Assembly (NCBI GenBank): GCA_040756875.1
Contig: JBFLYH010000002.1
Span: 1,023,078-1,087,077 of the forward strand
Length of the DNA: 64,000 nt
Origin: a candidate division FCPU426 bacterium
GTDB lineage: Bacteria; Oederibacteriota; JAAXVQ01; JAUVAV01
Reading direction: 5' to 3'
This document shows, piece after piece, positions 9,325 through 18,316 of the stretch (the stretch's first letter is position 1; each line of letters starts with the position of its first letter). The notes below the pieces were generated by a model. The model had not been told where the DNA came from. It was given only the letters and a program-made list of their open reading frames with translations, and searched no databases. The translations under genes were made by a program, and so were the position numbers.

Positions 9325-12300
9325 ATGGTACTGCGCAAGCGGCAAAGCTCCATAACCCTGTTGCTTTCCTTATTATTAGTCATACCGCCCGGTACGCTGC
9401 AAGCCAAGAGCCAGCCCGAACCAACCGAGCCTTCCACCCGCCCTGAGCGCCTGACTCCCGAAATCGTCGTCCTGGTGCCGGATGTGCTGGATTCGGCCAA
9501 GACCTTAGCCAATGCCAGGCAGCGGTTGATCAAACGCGGCTTGAAATCCCGGGACGTGGTCGTGACCGCTGAACAGCCGGGGTTCAGTCGTTCGGGCGGG
9601 TTGGACCAGCAGGCGCGGCAGCTGGAAAAAATCCTGATTGATCTGAAAATCCGTCAGCCAAGCGCACGGTTGCACGTGGTCGGCAAGGGCAGCGGCGGCT
9701 TGGTGGTCCGGCAGTACCTGGCGAGGCAGGCGGGCCTCGGGCCACAGGCAGTGACCGTGGAAAGCGCGGTCGGCTTGGGCGTGCCGCACCACGGCCGCTG
9801 GTGGGCGGGCGTGGCCAGCAGCCTGGGCGCCAAGTCGCAGGCCCTGGCTGACCTGGCGCCGGGTTCTGCGTTTTTAAACCAGCTTAACCAGCCCATTGAA
9901 GCGCGCCGGGCCGAGGTCAGGCGCGTGCAGGGTGTGCTGGCCAGCCTGCGCCAGCCGAACCTGCGGGCCCAGGTCCGGGGCAAACTGTCAGCCATTGAAA
10001 GCCAGCAGGCGGACATACGCGAATCCGTGGAGCGGGCTCTGCACTTTCCACAGCGCGCCGCTTTGAGTCCTGATGACCAGAAACGCCGCCAGGAAGCGGA
10101 ACGGTTCAAGGCGAAACTCAACCGCCTTCCGGCCGCGGAAGCGCGGCACCAAGCCGCGTCCCTGGCCGCTGCCAGCCAGCGCCAGGTTCTGGCCGCGGAA
10201 AAATTCGCAGGACAATCCCTCCCTTGGCAGGCGCCGGCCCGGCAATCAACCCGTACGGCCGAAGAGGCCCTGGTTCGCGCCCAACAAACCCTGCTGGAAA
10301 AACTGTCCCAGCCCCAGGCCAAGTTGCCGGCCGGATTCCAGCCGCCGAAGACCCAAGCCCAGCCAGGGCAATGGCTTTCCGTTTTGCAGGCCCTGGAGCA
10401 CAGCAGCCAGGCTGCGGCTGAAAAAGCCGCCAGCCAGGCTGGCGGCCTGCAAAAACAATTCGCGTCCCTGGATTTCGAAGGGCTCGAAGCCCGTTTAAAA
10501 AACGCCGGCACGGAGGCAGCGGGGCGCCTGCCTGCCGACTTGCTGCAACTCAAGCCCCAGCACATGGCCAGGGACCTGGAGCGCGCCGCGCGCAAATATG
10601 AAACCGCGGCTGCGTTGGAAGCTGCCTGGCGGCAGAGCCAGGCCGGCAAAGAGCAGTGGCTCGATCAAGTGGAGCGGTTGACCCAGGTCGCGGCCAAACA
10701 GCAACTGGCCCGGGACCTGGCGGCGTACGCCGCAAAGGCCGGACTTGCGCCGGCCCGGCTGCGCGCCGGGGCGGCTGAGGCAGGGGATTTGCCCGAGCGC
10801 GCCCAGGCCGCGTACCGCGCGTGGCGCCAGAAGGAAGCCGCCCTGGACCAGGCTTTTGCCGCGGCCAAGGAACAGGGGTTGGAAACAATCGTCAAACCCG
10901 AGTTTTGGAAACTGCGCGAGCGGACGGCCCAGGTGGCTGAGCGCACCCACCAGGCGATTGCGCGCGACAGCCTAAAAGCCTGGGAAGGACTGGCAGCCCT
11001 GCGCCTGGGGCCCGCGGCCAAGGAACAGGCCATGTTCGCCCAGGCCACTGAGCACCGCCTTAACCGCGAACTGGCAGCCTGGAAGCAGGAACTGCTGAAG
11101 CCGGATTGGGAAGCGCGCTTTTCGCAGGCTGCCTCGGCCCTGAACCGCAGCCTGCCGGCGGCAGAACAGGCCGGAGCCTTGAAGCAGGCTTTAGTACAGC
11201 AGGCAGGCGCTTTGCAGTCGGCTTTGGCCGCTGTTCGTTCCGACCTGGCGGCGCGTGAGCGGCAAAGCGCCTGGGAGCGGTTGGCAGCTGACAGCCGACA
11301 GGCAGCTGCGCAGTTGCTGCAGCAACAAGCGGATCATGGCTTCGTGGCCGACGCCCTGGCTGCCGGCAATTTCCTGGCCGCCGGCAGAAAACAGGAACAG
11401 CAACGCCTGCTGGACCTGGTCAGGCAGAATGATCCGGCTGCCAGCCGTCAGGTGGCGGTGCTGGCCCAATTGGCGCTTCAGCGCCACGGGCTGCAGTCCA
11501 GGCTGCTGGAGACCGGCGGCCTGGATGCAGGGCCTGCCCCGCAGTTGCTGGAGCGGATCGCCGGGCAAGCCAAGGCCCTGGGGCTGAAGACCGCCCTGCC
11601 ACCCAAAGCAATGGAGCACCTGGCCCAGGCCCAGGAGGAGCGGCAAAACCGCTGGAAACAACTGAACACCAGCTGGAAGCGGCAGTGGTCGCAGGCTGTC
11701 CAGGAGGACCGCGAACGCAACCAGCCGGCCAAAGCCTGGTCAGCCTGCCAGGAGACAGTTGCCGTCAGCCGCAGCCTGGCTGTGCTGGAAGACTGCTCGG
11801 CCGCGCTTTCGCAAATGAAATCCTGGCGGGATATGGGAACCCAAGCCTCGGGCCAGCAAGGCCGCTGCCAGGTCCTGGAGCAGCAGTTGTCCGCTTGGCT
11901 GCAAACGTCCGGACTTGGCAGCCGGATCCCGGCCGTGCAATCAGCCGCAGCCGCGGCCCAGGAAAAATTTGCGCCCGCGGCCTGGCAAGCCATTCTCAGC
12001 CAGTGCGGCCAGAAGCAGGAACAGGCAAGCGCCAGACTGCAAAACTTGAGGCGCGAACTGGCCAGGCAGCCTGAATGGATTTTGCCGCAAGTCGCCGGAG
12101 TGTCGGAACAGCTGGCTCAGGCAGCCCAGGACCCCAGCCGGATCAAGGGCTTGTTGCTCGAAATTTCCGGCTTGCGCGAGCAAACCCAAAAACACCTGAC
12201 ACAGGCGCGGGAACAAACCCTGGAGGCGCTCTGGCCCGGACAGGGCAAGGGGAAAGCTTCGGCCCTGGGCCAGGAGTTGAATCAAGTTTTATCCAGCCTG

Positions 12301-15300
12301 CAGGACTACCGCCAGTTGAGCCGGATGAATGCCCAGGCTGATACCCTGCAAGACCTGCTGTCAGCGAAAGCGCTGTTGTGGCAGCAACAGAATCTGCAAG
12401 CCCAAGGGCTCGGAGCGGTCAAGACCCTCGAATCCCTGCTCGCCCAAACAGCCGGAATCCCGGGCAAACCCTCCGGGCAAGTCTTCAGCCAGATCACCGC
12501 CACCCTGAGCCTGATGCAAAAGCTGACTGCCAACCAGATGCAATCCGCGGGATTGCTGCCAGGCCTTATGGATCGGGAGTGCGGGATGCCGGCCAAAGCC
12601 GCGCTCCAAAAAGAATGGAGAGCCTGGCTGGACGGGCAGTTTTCCGCCCAGCAAGGCTTGGATTGGGCCGGCGGGCAGCTTCAATTAAGCACAGTGCTGT
12701 CAAACCCAGGGGCAGGCTGGCGGCAACAGACCAACGCCCTGGCCACTGGCATGCTGGAGAATCTGGTGGACCAGGCGGCTGAGCGCCAGATCAGCCTGGG
12801 CCTGGCTGAAGTGCAGCGCTTGAGCAACGAGGCGCGGGAACTGCTTTCAGCGCCTGTGCGCCAATTGCGCGCCGAACTGGGGCAATTGGGGCTGTTGGAC
12901 CCAAGGCAGGATCAGGGGCCGGGCCTGAGTATCGTGTCCTGGGCGCAGCATTTCGTGCAGCAGGGCGTGGCCCAGGGCGTGGCGCAGGCCCTGGCCAGCC
13001 TGGAGCGGACGCAGGCCCAGTTCAGCAACCGCCTGGAGCGGGGCCTGCTGGAACTCGCGCGCGCCCAGGCCACCATGGCGATCAATGCCCTGAGCGGCCA
13101 ATACGCGGGCCTGGCCGTTGAGGTGAAGCGCCTGTGGGAGGGCGTTGGGCCTGAGGCCGGCGAAGCGTTGAACCTGCAGGGATTGCTGAACGTGGCCCAG
13201 GACCAGGAGTTTCTGCAAACCTGGCAGGAAGATATCTTCAGCAAACTGGTGGCGGAGAATCCCTTGCAGGCTGACCTGGGACGGCTGGGCCAGGTTGCCT
13301 CCTCGCTTCAGGCTTTGATCGACCAGCCGGCCAGCCAGCTCGGCGACTGGCTGGTGAGGAGCGGAGTGAACCTGGGCGTGGAGCGGCTGCAGTCCCTGCA
13401 GGCCGAAGCCCAGAAGCTGCTGCACGAGGCTATGACCACGGGCGCGGTCAACGAGCTGCGGACGCGCCTGAATGCCGTTCTGCTCAAGTTGGACCAGGAA
13501 GCAGGCCGCTTGAGCCGTTATCTGGACCAGACCCTGGCCAAGCTTCCGTCCGGAGTGGTTCCCGCGGGCTTGCGGGACGCGCTGCGGGAATTGCGCGACC
13601 TGCCCGGCACCCTGGCTGCCGGGATCGACGGCCTCATGCAGGACGTGGAGAGTTACCTTGCCAACCAGGTGCTGCAGTCCGGATTTGACCGCCTGAACGC
13701 CATGCTCAACCAGTACGGCGGACAGGCGTCCTTGTGGGCCGTGGGCGCCAGGCTGCAATTGTCGCTGACCGAGATTTCCAGCCTGGGCCAAACCGCGGTG
13801 GCGCAGTTGGAAGTGTCCCTCGCGGATCTGGGGACCGGAAATCTGACCGGTTTGTGGGAAAACGTGGCAGCCGGGCTCTCGGATTTCGGCGGGAACCTTC
13901 TGAACCTGCTGCAGGATTTCGTGGCTAGCGCGAGCCCGGTGGATTTGGGCGGGTTTCTCAACATCACGGGCCTGGCTGATTCGCTGTGGGCCTCGGCCGG
14001 CGAAGTGCTGGGGCAATTCACGGGCCTGTTCGAGCTACAGGTGCCAATGGCCGGCGATTGGTGGCAGGCAGACGAGCTGTGGCAGCAGTTGTCCGGCATT
14101 TTCAATGCGGAGAACTGGCAGCTTGATTTCTATCAGGCTGCGGACGGGTTCCTGCGCAATATCAGCGAAAACCTGGAAAACCTGCTCAACTCGGGTCTGG
14201 CCTGGGTGAACGACCGCTGGACAGAATACATGAACCAGGCGCGGGAATACTGGGACATCCTGGCCGGCGGGCCTGGCCGGTGGTGGGATGAACTGGCCAG
14301 CGGCCGCTGGGACCAGAGCCTGGGCAACCTGATGACGCAATACCTGCCGCCTGAATACCAGCCTGCTGTGAGCGCCCTGCAGCAGGTGCGCCTGGCGTTC
14401 AACGCGGACTTTCAGCTGAGCGCGGAGTGGATTACGAACATTTTGGACAACTTAAGCGCCTACCTGAGCGAGGACGCGCGGGCCGTGTACCAGCAGGTGC
14501 GCGAGTTATATGATACGGGCAGCGAATATTATTCCGCTGGCAGCGACATCCTCAACGCCATTTCGAGCGGGGATGTCACCAGCGTGCTGACCAACATCAG
14601 CCGCCTGGGCAGGTTTCATTTCAACACCGGCGGACAGATGTACCAGTGGGGCAAAGGCCGGGCCAATAAAAAAGGGAAGTACGACGGCCAGGCCCTGTCG
14701 GCTGCCAGCGAGGAAGAAGTGCTGGCAGCGTACGTCAATGCCCTCCCAGCCAGCATGCGCGAACAGGCCCTGCGGATGCTGGAAAACGGAACCCTGCCCG
14801 GCAGTAATCCCGAACGCGAAATCGACGTCGCGGACTACGACCCGGACGTGGACGGCCAGCCAGCTGGCCCGGCAGCCTATGAAGCCGCCCAGGAAGCTGA
14901 CGCGTCTGCCACTTTGCCAGATGTAGCAGCCGCATCCGCTTCGGATCGTCACCCCGGCGTGCCTGAAGCCGGGGTCCAGGAGCAAACTCCCCCCCGCAGG
15001 TCCCCCTCTTTGCCAAAGAGGGGGCGGGGGGAGTTGGATAGTGGCTTAGGCGGGAACGACAGTCAAGGCTCAACAACCGATGAGGGTGATGCTTCTGCTG
15101 CCGGCACCCAGCCAGGCGGTGAAGGCGAATCCGGCCCCCCAGACCTCGGCCCGCCGCGCATGTCCGGCGTGCCCACCCCGCCGCCTGTAAAGCAGAGCTT
15201 GTTGGATAAGATGAAAAATGTATACACCAACCTAAATCCAGTTGGATTATCCAAGAACGCCGCCCAGGCTGCCGCACCCGATGGGGCTAAAAAGGTGTCG

Positions 15301-16104
15301 AAGAAAGCTAAAGAAGCTTTGAAAAAAGCAGCCGATAAAACAGCAACTATGGCTAAAAATGCCAAAGATAATCTGGGTATGACGGTAGATGCTTTCAATA
15401 ATACCAAGGGTTTGGATAAAAAAACCAGAATAGCTCAGGGTGTTGGGACAGGGGTGTTGTCAGGGGATTTATTGGACAATCCCGACCCTGCTTCATCTGA
15501 ATTCGATCCAGATGGCCCGGCTATTTTATATATCAATGGGATGAGAACGCCGAATGATAAAGCTGAAAAAGATCAAAAAGCTTTATTTGATAAATGTGGC
15601 TATAAAGTTGCGCGGGTTCAAAACAACTCAAGTTTGGAAGGCGCAGGCGACATTGCTCAAATAGCTGGTCAAGAACAGGGCAACATTGATATCACGGCAA
15701 TTCGCACGGCAGCTATGATTCGGAAAGGGCTTGAAAACCGTGATGAAATTTATGTGGTTGCGCACAGTCAGGGTACCAAAACATTTGAACAGGCATTGGC
15801 GCTATTAACCCCCGAAGAACGTAAGAAAATCAAGTTTCAAGGGTTTGGGGGAGAGCAGTATATTGATAAAAATAAATATGGATTGGCAAGTGCCCGTAAT
15901 GTGCGGCATGAAAAAGACCCTGTGCCAAAAGTCAATGACGCAAGGATAGGTAACAAAGATTGGGAAACCCTCGGGCATCAACCTGAAGTGAAACCGGGGA
16001 CAGAACCTGGGATTCTGGATTATCATGATTTTCGAAAGACTTATGTGGATAGCGTCGAATTGCCCGTTAATACGAACGCAACACGAAAGGAAGATGACCA
16101 ATGA
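9325..16104 (+). CDS. Large secreted polymorphic-toxin-like protein: degenerate N-terminal lipase fold, helical stalk, C-terminal alpha/beta-hydrolase
   Basis: 2259-aa ORF with a signal peptide (MVLRKR..LLLSLLLVIPPGTLQA). N-terminal VVGKGSGGLVVRQYL / GVPHHG / DLAPGSAFLNQLN. A/Q/L/E-rich coiled region. C-terminal YING..VVAHSQGT..DPVP..YHDF in AT-richer DNA. Confidence 0.7.
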   Translation: MVLRKRQSSITLLLSLLLVIPPGTLQAKSQPEPTEPSTRPERLTPEIVVLVPDVLDSAKTLANARQRLIKRGLKSRDVVVTAEQPGFSRSGGLDQQARQLEKILIDLKIRQPSARLHVVGKGSGGLVVRQYLARQAGLGPQAVTVESAVGLGVPHHGRWWAGVASSLGAKSQALADLAPGSAFLNQLNQPIEARRAEVRRVQGVLASLRQPNLRAQVRGKLSAIESQQADIRESVERALHFPQRAALSPDDQKRRQEAERFKAKLNRLPAAEARHQAASLAAASQRQVLAAEKFAGQSLPWQAPARQSTRTAEEALVRAQQTLLEKLSQPQAKLPAGFQPPKTQAQPGQWLSVLQALEHSSQAAAEKAASQAGGLQKQFASLDFEGLEARLKNAGTEAAGRLPADLLQLKPQHMARDLERAARKYETAAALEAAWRQSQAGKEQWLDQVERLTQVAAKQQLARDLAAYAAKAGLAPARLRAGAAEAGDLPERAQAAYRAWRQKEAALDQAFAAAKEQGLETIVKPEFWKLRERTAQVAERTHQAIARDSLKAWEGLAALRLGPAAKEQAMFAQATEHRLNRELAAWKQELLKPDWEARFSQAASALNRSLPAAEQAGALKQALVQQAGALQSALAAVRSDLAARERQSAWERLAADSRQAAAQLLQQQADHGFVADALAAGNFLAAGRKQEQQRLLDLVRQNDPAASRQVAVLAQLALQRHGLQSRLLETGGLDAGPAPQLLERIAGQAKALGLKTALPPKAMEHLAQAQEERQNRWKQLNTSWKRQWSQAVQEDRERNQPAKAWSACQETVAVSRSLAVLEDCSAALSQMKSWRDMGTQASGQQGRCQVLEQQLSAWLQTSGLGSRIPAVQSAAAAAQEKFAPAAWQAILSQCGQKQEQASARLQNLRRELARQPEWILPQVAGVSEQLAQAAQDPSRIKGLLLEISGLREQTQKHLTQAREQTLEALWPGQGKGKASALGQELNQVLSSLQDYRQLSRMNAQADTLQDLLSAKALLWQQQNLQAQGLGAVKTLESLLAQTAGIPGKPSGQVFSQITATLSLMQKLTANQMQSAGLLPGLMDRECGMPAKAALQKEWRAWLDGQFSAQQGLDWAGGQLQLSTVLSNPGAGWRQQTNALATGMLENLVDQAAERQISLGLAEVQRLSNEARELLSAPVRQLRAELGQLGLLDPRQDQGPGLSIVSWAQHFVQQGVAQGVAQALASLERTQAQFSNRLERGLLELARAQATMAINALSGQYAGLAVEVKRLWEGVGPEAGEALNLQGLLNVAQDQEFLQTWQEDIFSKLVAENPLQADLGRLGQVASSLQALIDQPASQLGDWLVRSGVNLGVERLQSLQAEAQKLLHEAMTTGAVNELRTRLNAVLLKLDQEAGRLSRYLDQTLAKLPSGVVPAGLRDALRELRDLPGTLAAGIDGLMQDVESYLANQVLQSGFDRLNAMLNQYGGQASLWAVGARLQLSLTEISSLGQTAVAQLEVSLADLGTGNLTGLWENVAAGLSDFGGNLLNLLQDFVASASPVDLGGFLNITGLADSLWASAGEVLGQFTGLFELQVPMAGDWWQADELWQQLSGIFNAENWQLDFYQAADGFLRNISENLENLLNSGLAWVNDRWTEYMNQAREYWDILAGGPGRWWDELASGRWDQSLGNLMTQYLPPEYQPAVSALQQVRLAFNADFQLSAEWITNILDNLSAYLSEDARAVYQQVRELYDTGSEYYSAGSDILNAISSGDVTSVLTNISRLGRFHFNTGGQMYQWGKGRANKKGKYDGQALSAASEEEVLAAYVNALPASMREQALRMLENGTLPGSNPEREIDVADYDPDVDGQPAGPAAYEAAQEADASATLPDVAAASASDRHPGVPEAGVQEQTPPRRSPSLPKRGRGELDSGLGGNDSQGSTTDEGDASAAGTQPGGEGESGPPDLGPPRMSGVPTPPPVKQSLLDKMKNVYTNLNPVGLSKNAAQAAAPDGAKKVSKKAKEALKKAADKTATMAKNAKDNLGMTVDAFNNTKGLDKKTRIAQGVGTGVLSGDLLDNPDPASSEFDPDGPAILYINGMRTPNDKAEKDQKALFDKCGYKVARVQNNSSLEGAGDIAQIAGQEQGNIDITAIRTAAMIRKGLENRDEIYVVAHSQGTKTFEQALALLTPEERKKIKFQGFGGEQYIDKNKYGLASARNVRHEKDPVPKVNDARIGNKDWETLGHQPEVKPGTEPGILDYHDFRKTYVDSVELPVNTNATRKEDDQ
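14948..15060. repeat. Nested palindromic repeat element inserted in-frame in the 2259-aa gene
   Basis: Outer element gtcaccccggc..gccggggtccag ... tggatagtggcttaggcgggaacgac encloses an approximately 51-bp palindrome at 14985-15035 (core ccccctctttg-c-caaagaggggg). Confidence 0.6.
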
Positions 16105-16601
16105 CCACCGAAAAAAAACTTGCTATAGTTGGGATAGTTGCCCTATGCGGGCTTATAGTATTTCAAATATGGTCACATGGCACAACCAAGACTATTAATG
16201 ATGATCCAATATACGGGAAATTAGTTGGAAAAACATATGAAACAAGAACAGATTTGTATTTATCTCAAGATCGCCAGTCTGCCAATTATTCAATTAAAAT
16301 TCCGGGAGTCTTATATCCTGAAATAAAAGAAATAAAAGAGTATCCGCATGGTACTGCGCACAATATTATTCACAAATTAATTCCTTCTAAAACTAGAATT
16401 AAAATTAGCAATGTTGTTTTAACTAACGTGCCTTTCCGAGGGACAGACCTCTGGCTGAAAGCCAGATTTGAAGACTCAAGCATTTATGAAGGAGAAGTTG
16501 ATGCTACATTTATCTCCGACTTTAGCAGCTATCACGAAAAAATGGATTCCAAATACGTCACCGAAATCACGCCTGAGGGGGAACCGGTTAATGCCAAATA
16601 A
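16101..16601 (+). CDS. Small membrane-anchored protein, candidate cognate immunity protein
   Basis: 166 aa with one N-terminal TM. ATGA overlap with the upstream gene's stop. AT-rich like the hydrolase tip. No family recognised. Confidence 0.6.
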   Translation: MTTEKKLAIVGIVALCGLIVFQIWSHGTTKTINDDPIYGKLVGKTYETRTDLYLSQDRQSANYSIKIPGVLYPEIKEIKEYPHGTAHNIIHKLIPSKTRIKISNVVLTNVPFRGTDLWLKARFEDSSIYEGEVDATFISDFSSYHEKMDSKYVTEITPEGEPVNAK

Positions 16602-17532
16602 AACCAAAATATTCTTTGCCAGTCTTTGCTGCCTTATTCCTTTAACTGCCTGCTTGCAACAGGATAAAATAGTCAACAAGCTCGCTGGTATCTACGATGG
16701 CCTTAGTTACACTTCCCCTTATGGCTTCTTCTCCACGCACCTCAAGGATTGGGCAGATCTCAAAAGCGTAAAAGACGGCCAGGAAAACAACGGCGCCACA
16801 ATGGTGCTGAACTTTCAGGATAAATCCATGAACGAATATCAAATCGCAGCTTCTTTGGCTAATCCGGAGCTCAATGCCCACGACTTGGTCACCCGCATGG
16901 TGGCCAAAGGACAGGCAGAAGGCAAGAACGTGGTGGCAGCCACCACGGCTGACGGCGAGGAATGCCTGATGGCCCAATCCCTGCTGAAAGAAAAAGATTC
17001 AGACAAGGGCTATGCGCTGATGACGGTCATTTTTCTACGAAAAGGCACGATATTCGATTTAGGCATCAAAACCCACCCGGAAAAGGAACCGGAAAAAGCC
17101 GCGGAGTTGGCCAAACAGTGCTTCCGGGATCTATGGAACCGGTCGGCCTTGCGCGGGCAAGTGCAGGATTTTGAAAAATATCCCGAAGATATTGATCCCC
17201 GCGTGCCGGTGGTTACCCTGGCAGCCGGCCGGGTGGCTGTGGAAATGGGACTGGAAGCAGTGATTGAACGGGGCAAGAAGGCAATTGTCAGGATAATAGG
17301 CAAGGGCAGTGAAGGGCCGATGACCTTGAGCCTGGGCATTGCCGCCAAAGAGAACGAAATCATCACGACTGAAGCAGTATCCAGCAAAGCCAATGACATG
17401 AAGACCGTAAGCCAGATGCAGAGCGAGTTCTATCGCAAATTCGGCGAAGCAGTTGCTGCCGAGCAACTCACTATAAACCGTTCCAATGCCTTTGACCCGG
17501 ACCTTGCGCAATTGCCGGTAAAGGGGAAATAG
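16591..17532 (+). CDS. Hypothetical lipoprotein
   Basis: MPNKTKIFFASLCCLIPLTAC lipobox (LTAC). Start moved from the track's 16468 to ATG 16591, which has a GAGGGGG RBS-like sequence. Confidence 0.7.
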   Translation: MPNKTKIFFASLCCLIPLTACLQQDKIVNKLAGIYDGLSYTSPYGFFSTHLKDWADLKSVKDGQENNGATMVLNFQDKSMNEYQIAASLANPELNAHDLVTRMVAKGQAEGKNVVAATTADGEECLMAQSLLKEKDSDKGYALMTVIFLRKGTIFDLGIKTHPEKEPEKAAELAKQCFRDLWNRSALRGQVQDFEKYPEDIDPRVPVVTLAAGRVAVEMGLEAVIERGKKAIVRIIGKGSEGPMTLSLGIAAKENEIITTEAVSSKANDMKTVSQMQSEFYRKFGEAVAAEQLTINRSNAFDPDLAQLPVKGK

Positions 17533-17624
17533 GGCCGGTTTTGTATGACAATTACAGCACTGAATGAGATAAAATAAACTCAATTTTATTCGCTGCTGCA
17601 AGTCAAAATGATATCCTTCAAAGG

Positions 17625-18218
17625 ATGATGATTATGCCGAGAAAAACCATTGTGGTTTTTATAATGGCCTTTTTTACATCTTTCCCGCTCCATGCCGCCA
17701 CTTCCGACCAGCATGGTCTGGAGCCAGTGGTTGTCAATGCCGGGGGATCGACCCTTTCCGGCAATGGCCGGCAGTTACTGGATTCCATAGGCGAATCCAT
17801 TATTAACCAAACCTGGGGAAGCTCCTTCTCGATCCAAGCCGGTTTTTTCAGCGATTATTTTATTCTGCCTCCCACGCCGACCGTAACTCCCACGGTAACA
17901 GCCACCAGCACGCCCATACGCGGTTTTGGCGGAGAATTGCTGAGCGAATCATGGGTTTATGCCGCCCCCAATCCTATCCGGGGATTTCGCGCCAATATCG
18001 TCTATCACCTGGCTGAACCGGCGGAAGTGGAGATCAAGGTATTTACGGTCAACAATGACCTGGTTATTTCCAAGCATTGGGATAATGTTGCGGCTGGCGA
18101 AAACCATTGGTATTGGAACACCTCAGGAATATCCAATGGGGTATATTTGCTGTTGGTTAAAGCCAAGGGGCAGGGCAGGAGCACGATTATAAAGAAAAAA
18201 ATCGCATTAGTGCATTGA
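17625..18218 (+). CDS. Small secreted protein with Thr/Pro linker and T9SS-CTD/FlgD-Ig-like C-terminal domain
   Basis: Signal peptide; GG..LSG...LLDSIGE...IQAGF domain; PTPTVTPTVTAT linker; YAAPNP...W...SNGVYLLLV...KKIALVH tail. Confidence 0.7.
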   Translation: MMIMPRKTIVVFIMAFFTSFPLHAATSDQHGLEPVVVNAGGSTLSGNGRQLLDSIGESIINQTWGSSFSIQAGFFSDYFILPPTPTVTPTVTATSTPIRGFGGELLSESWVYAAPNPIRGFRANIVYHLAEPAEVEIKVFTVNNDLVISKHWDNVAAGENHWYWNTSGISNGVYLLLVKAKGQGRSTIIKKKIALVH

Positions 18219-18225
18219 TATAATA

Positions 18226-18255
18226 ATTCCCCTCCTGTCCAGCAGGGAGGGGAAT
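18226..18255. other. 10-bp-stem intergenic hairpin (attcccctcc / ggaggggaat)
   Basis: Perfect inverted arms at 18226-18235 and 18246-18255 just after the stop codon; no U-tract. Confidence 0.5.
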
Positions 18256-18316
18256 GTAGAAGAAAGGGAAGGGGCCAAGTACGTAAACCATTTGTAGTTT
18301 AAACAGGAGGCGGGAA

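Noticed and set aside
16468-16590. Longer start for the lipoprotein
   Set aside because: It overlaps the 166-aa gene and would bury the lipoprotein signal peptide that begins at 16591.
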